A stretch of DNA of 64,000 nucleotides from assembly GCA_965153285.1 (NCBI GenBank), contig OZ229111.1. One strand, 5' to 3'. Origin of the DNA: Podarcis tiliguerta. Its lineage: Eukaryota. A model generated the notes under the pieces. It was given only the letters and a program-made list of their open reading frames with translations, was not told the DNA's origin and searched no databases. A program made the position numbers and the translations under genes. How positions within the stretch are numbered: position 1 is the stretch's first letter; the number at the start of each line of letters is the position of its first letter. Below are positions 23,301-32,850 of the stretch, piece by piece.

Positions 23301-23682
23301 TCTGCTTACGCTGTCTACTGTAGGAAGCCTTCAGGTGTTTAAACAGTTTTAGTCTTCTGTTATCAGAAATTTCCCCATTTGCTCACTTGACTTGAATTGA
23401 ATTATAGAGTTGGGATGGACCCTGAGGATCATATATAGTCCAACCTCCTGCAATGCAGAAGATGCAGTTGTCTCTTATGGGGACAGAACCTGCAATCTTG
23501 GCGTTATTAGCACCATGCTCTAACCAGCTGAGCTTATTCTGAGCTTATTCCAGGAAGCCATTTTTTAAACAACGAAACTCTTTAAACCACTGTTTTTAGT
23601 TGTCACCAGGTTCCATTGTGCTTTTAAGATCTGTGGTTTTTGTTCAACGTAGCACTACAATGAATGTTCTCTCAGTGAAATG

Positions 23683-23717
<35 letters not shown>

Positions 23718-25647
23718 TGTGTGCAATGAAACATTCTCCCCCACCCTCTAAATCTGTTCTGGGGTTTCCCCCAACCCTCTGGAATAAATTTGAGAATAGT
23801 GCAGATGGAATAGAGGGATGGGAAATCCCCTTGAGCTAGTACGTGTTGAATACTACAATTTCGTATTTATTTTTTGTAGCACTTGTAACAGCAGGAAGGA
23901 GAAACAGAGTAGGGGAGGAAACCCGAAGAGCACATTAAGAGTTGGCACAGTAGTCACGGGACTCTTAAAATGGCAGACATCATCCTATTTTGCTACAAGG
24001 TAAGACACACTGCAGCTGTATCTTACCTAACCTTTCTGTAGTCGTGGAAGAGACAAACACCATCTCCACATAGAGACCTGGCAGCTGACCGTGACTCCAG
24101 GAAGGCTGCTTGCACTCAATGCAAAGGACTCCAAAAATCCCCAGGATGCCCCAAGACTGGCGTGATGCTCACCTGCTTTGGTTGGCTTGATGCTGACCGG
24201 CTGGAAGCCAGCAGTGAGAATAGAAGAATCAGCCACGTCAGAATCCAGCCCTTCCTTCTTGCGGCAGTAGACAAGGGTTACCACTAGGAGCAGCAGCACC
24301 AGGCAGACAGCGACAGCGATCAGGCCCACATACAGAGCCACATCCTCAGAGCCATTCGTTCCTAAAAGGGGAAGCGGGAGAGAACAGAGAGGTGTGCAAT
24401 TCTGAGCCAGTTGTTGCCCTGTATAAAATAATGGCATCCCCTTCTGGAGAAGGAGCGCACCGCTCATCTGCATGGTGCGCAATTATCTATGGAAGTCCGC
24501 CAATGTCTCTAGGGATGGAAGAGACACTGAATGAAACGTCATTGGCCTTCTTGCAATGAGGGTCATCAAGGAATTGATAACCAAATCCTGTGATCCCTTA
24601 AAAAACCCAGCCCCAAACCCCTGCCCTTTCCCTGTCTTTCAGTGCAAAGTCACATTTCCAACCGCCTCCTTTTTGAGCAGAGCATTAAACTCACAGCCTT
24701 CTTCAAGTCCTGGTCTTAAAAATGATGCAAAATCCATATTGGAGAGGAATGGGTGGAAAGCATGAGAGATTCCTTTGGGAATCAGGGTCTGAATTAGGCG
24801 GGGTGGTGGTGGCAGGATAAGATTCTCAACCCATTTTTAGATAAATGCAAGATGACATTCAAAACATGCAGCGTATTTTATGAGCATCTGTTGTGGTTCC
24901 CTTTTATAATAACTACAGCCATGTTACCAGCATGTTATCAAAGAAAAGGGCTGCTCTGGGGAACAGTGGGTGCTGAGGCACAGGCAAAGCTGGGTGAATG
25001 GTGAACCCGGGACTGAAACAGAAAAGGGGTCTTGTAAGTGTGAGATCATGCCTGGGACACAAGCCCATTTAATTGTTCATAAGAACAATAACCCTGTCTG
25101 TCGAACCACTGTGTTATCTAAAAATATTTATGTTTATAGAAATAATAATTCAGAAGGGGATCTGAAATGTGATTCCGGGAGGACTAGACACAGACTAGAC
25201 ACAAAGGGTGCTTCTGCAGGAAAAGTTTTGTGGCAGAGGTTGGTTTGGGCAGGGTTAGTAAGGCTGCAGCGTGGGTTAAAAGGAGCCCTTCTGCTCCTGT
25301 CTCATAATTTCTAAGTAAAGGCAGACAGTCTTTAATTGGGAGAATTGGGATCTTGCTTATGATCTCTGAAGGTTGAGTAAGTAGAAACCTTCAAAGCTCC
25401 ATGGCCAAAATCCCAGCTGTGCAGAAGAGTGTGTGCGTGTGTTGTCCTTTGTATGAAGCCTCTGTACAGAAGAAGGCAGGTTGGTGGGGGCTGAAGGGGG
25501 AAGGGGGGGAAGAAAGAATGCAGGCCTGGTGTGAGTGTGTGAGAGAGAACAAACAAGGCTTCTGTGTTAACAGAAGCAAGCATTAGTCTGGTTTATGAGG
25601 CAACATATGTACAGGGAATTGTATGTAAGGGAGGAAGAATGAACCAG

Positions 25648-25692
<45 letters not shown>

Positions 25693-28600
25693 GAACCAGC
25701 ACTTTGCCCTGCTGTCCCTCTGAATCCCTCACGCACCTCCTCCCCACCCCCACTGCCAGCTGGGTCAAACCGTCAGCCTGAGTCCCCCTGGGGAGGGCAG
25801 GGGGCCATTGCTTCATTTCAGCTGTGAGAATGGTTAATTTGATGTAAAAGGAAGAGAAAACCCCTAGGAGGCCTAACAAGCTAGGATAGTTAATGAGCCA
25901 GGATGGGGCCTGTCACTCACTCTTCCGCCCTGGCAGGGCCAGCGCAGAGCTCTCCTGCCTTGGGGTGGGGGTGGCACGCAGCCTGCTTGCTGGGCCAGTG
26001 CGCACCAGTTGTGATCTTTCCGGAGAGAGCTCTGGGGCCTCCTCATTAAGGGACGGAGCCTGTGGCGGGACGCATGGGCCAGGGGGTGCCGCTGACAAGG
26101 TGGGCTTCTGCCTTCTAGCCTGTGGCTATGAAGCAACGCTAAAGCAGGCAGCAGAGATTCCATCTGTGCTGGGCAGACGGCTGCTAGCTCCTACGTGGAC
26201 AGATAGGCAGACCAGAACTGACAGGCCTCAATGCCCTTACATCTCAATCAGCCTGCAACGGAAGGTCGCTCAAAAGAAGCTACGCAACAGGAGGCAGCAC
26301 CAGTTGCCTATGTCCACGGCCACCCCGGAGAGGCACACCTGTGCCAGAAGATGCTCGTCAAATTCATGCCACCACCTGCACCTCTCCCCTCCATCTCCAC
26401 CCAGGGCATGAGTCTTATATTTCCCCCAAAGCAGCAGGAACTCACCGTGAGTGCATAACTCGCTGGTGCAGTTGCGGGTCTCCAGTTCAGGCCCCTGGCA
26501 CTCGTCCCCACCATTCCGGGGCGCTGGATCCGAGCATTCACGGCTTCGCCAGTGTGTACAGTCTGCACCACACACTGACCACATGCTCCAGGTTGACCAA
26601 CCGCCAGGCACTGCCAGACAGGAGGAGGCAGTACAGAGGCTTAGGGACCAAAATCCCAAATCTCAAACGGTTTCTCATCCTCAGCATAAATTCTACCTCC
26701 CCACCCCGCCAAGCCCAAGCAGATATCTCACTAGCCGGATGCTTGCAGCAGCTTGGTGGGTCGAGAGGACACTGTTGGGCGATGTCAGCTACAGAGAGGA
26801 GGGATCGGGCTGAAGTAGCTCAGGGCTGACCCATTGCTGGCCACCACAGAAGCCACTTCTAATGGGGCAAGGGGGGCCCTCCCATATTTGTAACATGCCT
26901 TGGAAGGGGCTCAGAGATGGGAAGGGACAAACACAGACACATGGATGGGTTGGGGAAGACAGGTAGAGCAAAGAGGGGAAGGCGAGGCAAAGGCCAGCTG
27001 CTCTCTTGGGACCAGTAGCTCAAACAGAGCTGAAGGCACTGAAAAAACAAGTCCCAGGAACATGCAGCACCATTCTGGGCTCGAGGTCGCTTTGGGGAAA
27101 GGAAGGGGCAACCAAACAGTGATGGGATAGTGCATAGGCAAAGCTGTGTGAGCAGCGAACTCTGGGCTGAAATAGAAAAGGGGGGGCTTGGAGTGGACTG
27201 AGAGTGGGAGACGTGTGTGGCTCAGCCTGCTCTGGGCTTCCTATGTGTTAGATTTCGAGTCTTTTCCCGCGGCTGTGGGTGGTGGGGCGGGGGCCGAGGG
27301 TGCGAGTGAGCACAGCAAAACAGAGCCGCCGGAGCAGGTGCGCAGCAGTGGCAGGGCAGTACCTGGGCACAGGGTGGCGCAAGAACTTTTCTGCACATTC
27401 TGGCCCTCACAGAAGGCCCCCCCGTTGAGTGGTGCTGGGTTGGTGCAGCTCCGGCTCCGCTTCTGCCAGCCCCGTCCACAGCTGGTGCTGCAGGCTGACC
27501 AGTCCGTCCACGTCGACCAGCCGCCATTCACTGGGGGGAAGGGACAGCATCAGCTAGAGCTCCCAACGACGGTGCACCCTGGGAGGGCCAGTTGTTGGCA
27601 GCAGGGAGGGAGGGGGGGCTCTCTCTCTGGGCCCAGAGAAGGAGCCGAGCGCTCCCAGGGTTCTCCTGGGGCAAAACGGCCGGCTCTGGGGTGCCAGTTT
27701 CCCTCTTGCTTTTGGTATGTGTGTACAGCTTGGGGAGAATACACAGGAAAACATGGGGGGATGCAGGAGGAGTCACAAGCAGAGGGGCGGACACTTGGAG
27801 GAGGGGGTGGGGTGGGGGGTTCATGCCGCTTTCTCCTGTGAGATTCTGCAGGAGCATCGCTTTCTCGACGTCGCGTTGACACAGCCTGGCTCCCCCGCCC
27901 ACCCCCTCTCTCCCTCCAGGATGGATATTTCCCCCATTTTGAGGTGCGTGTACTTAGCAAAGTCCCCTCTTCATCACACCCCCAAACAGTTGGGCCAGCC
28001 CAAGAAACAGTGCTGCCCAAAGGGAAGGACAAGCTGACATCCACTCAATTCTTCCCGTTTCCTTTTACGAAAGCTGGCTGGCTCCGGCAGTTCAAATCTT
28101 CCTTCAGTGCTGGCAGTGGGCTAGCATCCCCCACCCCATCTGAGGGCAGCAAGTGATCTTAGAGGCACACCCAGCTTTGTTCCCTAACATGAGGCTGCCA
28201 CTCCTCCCCTCTGCACCAGCATCTGCTGCCTGAGACGGCTCCCTCACTCTGCCTAATGGTAGAGCCGGCCCTATCCATCTTCCCCTGCTCCATCTTCCCC
28301 TCTGAGCTACAGCCAAGCCTCCAAAGAAACCAGATTCCTGCCCTTGCCCCCAACCCTGAAGACTTATGGAGAGACCTGCTATTCACCCATTGGTCCCCTT
28401 TTCTTGGGGACCACCCATCCCATCGCCTGGTGGGGCCCTACCATAGACAGTGACAGCAGCAGGGGAGCTGCGGCGACGGGCCACAATGTTTTTGGCCACG
28501 CAGGTATAGTTGCCCGTGTCCGCCAGGCGGGCCTGTTTCACCACCAGGCTGTGCTCCAGCGTGATGTAGAAGTTGGGGTCCAGTGCTGGGTCCACGAGGT

Positions 28601-30226
28601 CTTCGTTGTGCAGCCACTCGACCTTGAGGAGACACAAGCCACACATAGGGCAGGAGGACTGGGTCAGGCCGCGTAGCCTTTAAGGACACTGCGACTGCAA
28701 CTTGTCTCAGAAGAAAACACATTCTGGCACTGACCTAGTGAGGGACAGAGATTGACAGGCCACTCAGCACCAGGGCAGCCCAGGGAGGCTCCGAAATGTG
28801 CGTTAATGAGCTCTGCAGAGAGACAGGCCGGCGTCAATCAAGTGGCTGCAATGAGGGTGAGGGCGAATGGGCTACCACGAACCCAACCTAGATCGTCTGC
28901 AGGAACTGCAGGGTGGCAAAGCCAACGCTGGGGAGATGCAGGTTCCAACATCAGGTGGTCCCCATGAAGTGGTTTGGTTTGGTTTTGTGCTACTGGTGGG
29001 CTTCCTCAACCGTTCTCCCCAATGGCCCCCTCAGTACTGCCCAGGATTAAGCATGCAGGGCCAGTACTCACTTCAGCTGGTGGGATCCCCTCTGGAGGGC
29101 GGCAAGGCAGCACAATTCCCTGCTCAATGGAGACCTCTTTGGCCAGGGGCTCCTGCTCGAAATTCTTTCGCAGATCTAGAAAGAAGAGAGGCTTAGAGTG
29201 GTGTCAAGATGACATCGAAGACCCCCCAGGTCATACTAGGCCACAGCCTTGTCTGCTCCCTGCCAACATGAGCAGTCAATTGATCGTAGTCGATTCAGAC
29301 ATGAAAGAACACGCTCTGATTTTCAGGTGTAGGTGGGGGGAATGACAATGAGGCTCTAGGAGAGGGAAGATGGGTGGTTTGAAGTCCTAGAGGGGTCCCC
29401 TGAGCAGAGAGGATGGTAAGCAGGGCGCCACTCACAAGCAATGCGCACGTAGGCCTTTTGACTCTTGGTGGTGCCAGACGTGCTCCAGGCGACACACTGG
29501 CACCAGTACTCTTCCAAGCCAAAGATCTTCTCCACCTGTTGCCGCGAGATGTCGATCCGCACTTCCATGAGGGGCAGGCCTGCCAAAACACCAGGGGGCA
29601 AAGAGGCAAGGGGGGAAAGCAGGGAAGGGGGGAGAGATCAGTGGGTGGAGGAGCTCTACATGAATGGGCGTCACAATTCTGTGGAAGTGCAGTAGGTGTG
29701 CAGAACGCTGCTGTGTTCAGTTTCCAGAGAAGCTCAAGTATCAACCCAAACATGTCTCTGGCTCTGATTGTTGCAAATATATGCTCAGAAGCATGTGAGA
29801 AATCTCTAAAAAACTTTAAAATGTAATGGTGAAATCTCAGCAGACCACAGCAGCCAAAGAAGCACAAAAGCTATGCTAACAGTATAAATATGAGGCTTCC
29901 TAACTCCAGGTCAGCAGTGCGACAGGAGCTGAGCATCAGCCCTGCAGCCATCGAAACAAGATTCCTCTTCTGCCCTTTGATGCCCCACCCCTTTCAGCAC
30001 TCACCCGTGGTTTTGTTCATGCTGCGCTGTATGATGTGGTCGCCCTGGTGCACCCACTCGCCATTGCACTTGAAGTAGATCTGGGTGGCAGGCGTGGCCT
30101 TGCAGGCCAGTGTCACCGGTTTGTTCTTGACAATGTAAACATCCTCCGGTTCCAGCAGGAAGTGAGGGAGCAGGTCGGAGGAAGAGCCAGGCACAGGGAT
30201 GGGCACTGTGGCACTCTGCTGGGCAC
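14158..30226 (-). CDS. UNC5A: Netrin receptor UNC5A, multi-exon CDS, 5'-partial (exons 2-16; exon 1 outside the window)
   Basis: 15 exons splice in frame: Ig, Ig, TSP1, TSP1, TM, ZU5, UPA, death domain. UNC5A-type sequences GAQQSATV...[23 protein letters not shown] and C-terminal VSEAEC*. Confidence 0.95.
14807..14985 (-). CDS. UNC5A: UNC5A exon 15 (179 nt), death domain N-part: [59 protein letters not shown]
   Basis: ttcccag acceptor, gtaaat donor. Confidence 0.95.
16304..16468 (-). CDS. UNC5A: UNC5A exon 14 (165 nt), UPA: [23 protein letters not shown]...[18 protein letters not shown]
   Basis: ctccag acceptor, gtgagg donor. Confidence 0.95.
16848..16997 (-). CDS. UNC5A: UNC5A exon 13 (150 nt), UPA: [50 protein letters not shown]
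   Basis: ttccag acceptor; the donor is a non-canonical CAG|GCAAGT. Confidence 0.92.
17389..17622 (-). CDS. UNC5A: UNC5A exon 12 (234 nt): [19 protein letters not shown]...[18 protein letters not shown]
   Basis: ttcctcag acceptor, gtatta donor. Confidence 0.95.
18160..18298 (-). mobile_element. Short tRNA-head/CR1-tail SINE (Squam2-like)
   Basis: On the - strand, TAGCTCAGTCAGTAGAGCAT head and GGTTGGACTAGATGACCCTT...ATTCTATGA CR1-like tail; relatives at 23400-23533, 47920-48068 and 54965-55030. Confidence 0.7.
18852..19020 (-). CDS. UNC5A: UNC5A exon 11 (169 nt), ZU5: [34 protein letters not shown]...[10 protein letters not shown]
   Basis: Long pyrimidine tract with a rare GAG acceptor, gtgagt donor; LSPIVSCGP motif. 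Confidence 0.93.
19300..19458 (+). mobile_element. Old tRNA-derived SINE remnant (relatives near 55500-55655, 30915-31045 and 49230-49430)
   Basis: ggctcaatagca...cccaggttcaatcccc A/B-box head and a shared gctgagctagatgg segment. Confidence 0.5.
20625..20712 (-). CDS. UNC5A: UNC5A exon 10 (88 nt), ZU5: [28 protein letters not shown]
   Basis: cctttag acceptor, gtaccc donor. Confidence 0.93.
21277..21576 (-). CDS. UNC5A: UNC5A exon 9 (300 nt): [15 protein letters not shown]...[16 protein letters not shown] (start of ZU5)
   Basis: tttgcag acceptor, gtgaga donor. Confidence 0.95.
23684..23723. repeat. (TG)n microsatellite, interrupted
   Basis: Read directly from the sequence. Confidence 0.95.
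24173..24361 (-). CDS. UNC5A: UNC5A exon 8 (189 nt), transmembrane helix and caspase site: [62 protein letters not shown]
   Basis: cttttag acceptor, gtgagc donor; hydrophobic helix followed by RKK. Confidence 0.95.
25651..25688. repeat. (TG)19 microsatellite, which is (CA)19 on the UNC5A sense strand
   Basis: Read directly from the sequence. Confidence 0.95.
26446..26610 (-). CDS. UNC5A: UNC5A exon 7 (165 nt), TSP1 repeat 2: [40 protein letters not shown]...CTSELCTH
   Basis: tggcag acceptor, gtgagt donor. Confidence 0.95.
27363..27530 (-). CDS. UNC5A: UNC5A exon 6 (168 nt), TSP1 repeat 1: [43 protein letters not shown]...
   Basis: ccccccag acceptor, gtactg donor; WxxWxxW, CSxSCG and RxRxC motifs. 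Confidence 0.95.
28442..28622 (-). CDS. UNC5A: UNC5A exon 5 (181 nt), Ig2: [60 protein letters not shown]
   Basis: tcctcaag acceptor, gtaggg donor; DxGNYTC Ig motif. Confidence 0.95.
29072..29175 (-). CDS. UNC5A: UNC5A exon 4 (104 nt): [35 protein letters not shown]
   Basis: ttctag acceptor, gtgagt donor. Confidence 0.95.
29436..29579 (-). CDS. UNC5A: UNC5A exon 3 (144 nt): [47 protein letters not shown]
   Basis: ggcag acceptor, gtgagt donor. Confidence 0.95.
30005..30226 (-). CDS. UNC5A: UNC5A exon 2 (222 nt), Ig1 N-part: [38 protein letters not shown]...FKCNGEWV
   Basis: cccag acceptor, gtgagt donor, phase 1-1. Confidence 0.95.
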
Positions 30227-32149
30227 CTGGGCAGAGAGGAGAGGGGCTAGAAACTGGCACACTAGCAACCACAACATTCACAGAGGCCGTGAAGAGTCAG
30301 GTTTCCACCATGGGCCTTGCGTAGGTGGATTTCATTCCAAACCTCAAGGTTAAATCAGTACATGCAAAATGCCTTTGCTCTGCTGGCCACCAAACCCCGC
30401 AGTCCTCTAAGATCAAACTTCTTCAGTTAAAGGGCAAGGCTTCAACTCTCCTTCACTGTAATCAGAGCAGCAGCAGCTCTTTGGGGATCTCGGCTAATTA
30501 CACAGTTAATTGGTCTGTAACATTAATGAAAGCAACTGCAGCAAGAGCTCTCAGCCATGCTGCTGTCCCCACAGCCAACTCAGATGGCCATGTTCTCAGT
30601 CCTGCTGCATCCAACCAAACACCACTGGGCGTAAGGGCCAACAGAAAGCCCCCCTATGTACTTCCTCTTTAGTAAGTATGCTCCGGCAAGTGTCAAAAAC
30701 TCACCATCATTTGACATTTACCAGTAACTCTTTTAAGATTTTATGAGGCTGGTGGGAGATGTCAGAAAACACTTTCAGAGGAGTAAGTTAAGAGCATTAC
30801 AACGCCACATGATACATCATCCCACGCTTGTGTATTAACAGGGATAATCAGAGGCGATAGTTCTAGATACTGCCTTCAACAGGAATGCACACTTACAGAT
30901 GGTGTGGTAGTCAGAAGCTGCCTTATACTGAGTCTGACCACTGGGTCATCTAGTTAAAAACGGCTTACACTCTCCCAGCCCTAGGTAGAAATGCCCGCGA
31001 CTGAACCCACGGCCTTCTGCATGCGAAGCAGATGCTCATTGATTGTGTGTAGGTTTGTTTTACTTCCTGACTGTTCACAATATGGAATAACTTTTGGTTA
31101 TGCCTGATGCTACTAACAATTGTGATACTTGCCTGTGTGTATGTTTCCAAGCAAAATGCTGGCAATGCCCTTTGGCTTTAACCTACAATCACACACACTC
31201 CATATCACTGCTTTGTTAATACTGTTCCTGGATGAACTTGGGGTTCCTTCTTCAAACTTAAGTCTAAAAATACCCTTTTAGTTTCTTACTGGGACAAGCG
31301 GGCAGCCTGTGATGTATGGATAGGAACAGGGCTCGGGTTTAAATTCCCTCCTCTATGCCTTAAATTCAGCTTCCTACACCTGAGGAGCAGGAAGCCCCAT
31401 CTGATGATCGGCTCAGATAAAACCAGCTATTAGATGTAACTCACATTGCTCCAGATATGGAGAGCTAGAACCCTCCGCCTTCTGTCTCACTAGAGTCAAC
31501 CCACATATCCTCCAATATGTGTTAGGTAAAAATCTTTGCAATGTTTGCGCTGCTTCCCATTTGTCACTGGCCTGTGTTGAGCTGGGATAGCACAAATGAG
31601 GTTAAAGCGATGCGATTTTGCAGTAAAATAGCACATTGCTGGCTGTCCTGGGAATGGGGTGGGCTAGATGCTGATAGCATTTATGTATTCTTTTTTAAAA
31701 AAGTGTTAACATAGAGATTACAATCCACTTCAGTGTGGGGGTCAGCACACAGTTTGTCTGACACTTAAGGATTCTGGAATCTTTCACTTCAAAATGTCAA
31801 TTGCCCTATCATCTAAAATGTATATGCAAATGCTTAAAGCACCACATTTTCTTCTGCTTCGCCCACGTGCCTGGATGCTACAATTCCAGAATTTCTGAAG
31901 CACAAGTGTATGCTGAGGACCGTTCCAGACTCATTCACAAAACAAGAAAGCCAGTAGTGCTCACCAGCCGAACACATACATGGGGAGAGAATGTGCCGGC
32001 AACTAGCAGACACAACGAGGAAATGCCAATAGGTACACTTGCCTGTGATATATACAACCAACCTACTCCTTGCCCAGCCTGTCCCACCACATCCGCCACT
32101 GTGTCCTCATCCCTGGACCCTAATGCGAGGCCCTGGTTCTTCTCCCTGT

Positions 32150-32850
32150 CCTTCCTATTTGCGGAGACGTGTGTCACGGTGTCCCCCCCCCCCAACTTCC
32201 CCCATGACAGGCGTCCACAGCTGGGGCTGCTGACAGCAGGCTTTCCCCCCCTCCCGCCCTCGTCCCCGCCGCCGCCGCCGCCGCCTCCACCGGGGCTAAT
32301 CCATCACGGCCGGAAATACCGCACGGCGCGCGCCCAGTGAACCTGCGCCGATCCCTCATGTCTGCATTTAACTGCTAATGAAAAAGAAATGTAGTGTGAC
32401 CAATAAGGGACATAGCTCACTTCTCCGGGGGCCTCGTCTCGTCATGCCACGCTGAGCTGATCCCGCTCCCTCCCCTCCGCCTCCCAGCCGCGCTTTCGCC
32501 GGGCCTCGAGGCGCCTCTCTCCGCAAGGGCAGCGCCACCGCAGGCAACCCCGAGGCCTCCAGCTCCGGCCCCGCGGCCCGTGCGGGGAGGCCGGCCAAGG
32601 CCTGCTCGTCGAGGCAAACCGGCCGCGGCGAAAGGGAGGCCCCGCGCTGCTCCTTTGGCGGGAGAAGGATTGCGGCGAGCCTGAGCAAAACACGCGGGGA
32701 CTTCGCGTGGCCGCTTCTCTCGCCGCAACACGCGCGCCCCTTTCGGACAGGCCTCCTTCCTCGCAGCTGGCCTCCTTTCTCGCCTGCCCCGCCGCTCCCT
32801 TCTGCATCCCATTTCAACAGCCCCCTCGGAAGCTCTGCCATTGTTGCTGC
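32150..32850. promoter_or_regulatory. Intronic CpG island about 2 kb upstream of UNC5A exon 2 (putative alternative promoter or enhancer)
   Basis: Sharp rise in GC and CpG density (gccgccgccg, cgcgcgc, ccgcgg) in an otherwise CpG-depleted window; GC boxes, ETS-like CCGGAAAT and a CCAAT motif. Confidence 0.8.

Noticed and set aside
25332-25365. Peptide [10 protein letters not shown] resembling the UNC5B juxtamembrane microexon (..SDPNSH)
   Set aside because: No GT donor in the needed phase and an immediate TAA; the four-residue match is probably chance
27188-29867. Long ORFs antisense or off-frame to UNC5A exons (217, 190, 164 and 137 aa)
   Set aside because: Shadows of GC-rich coding exons and introns with no independent gene features
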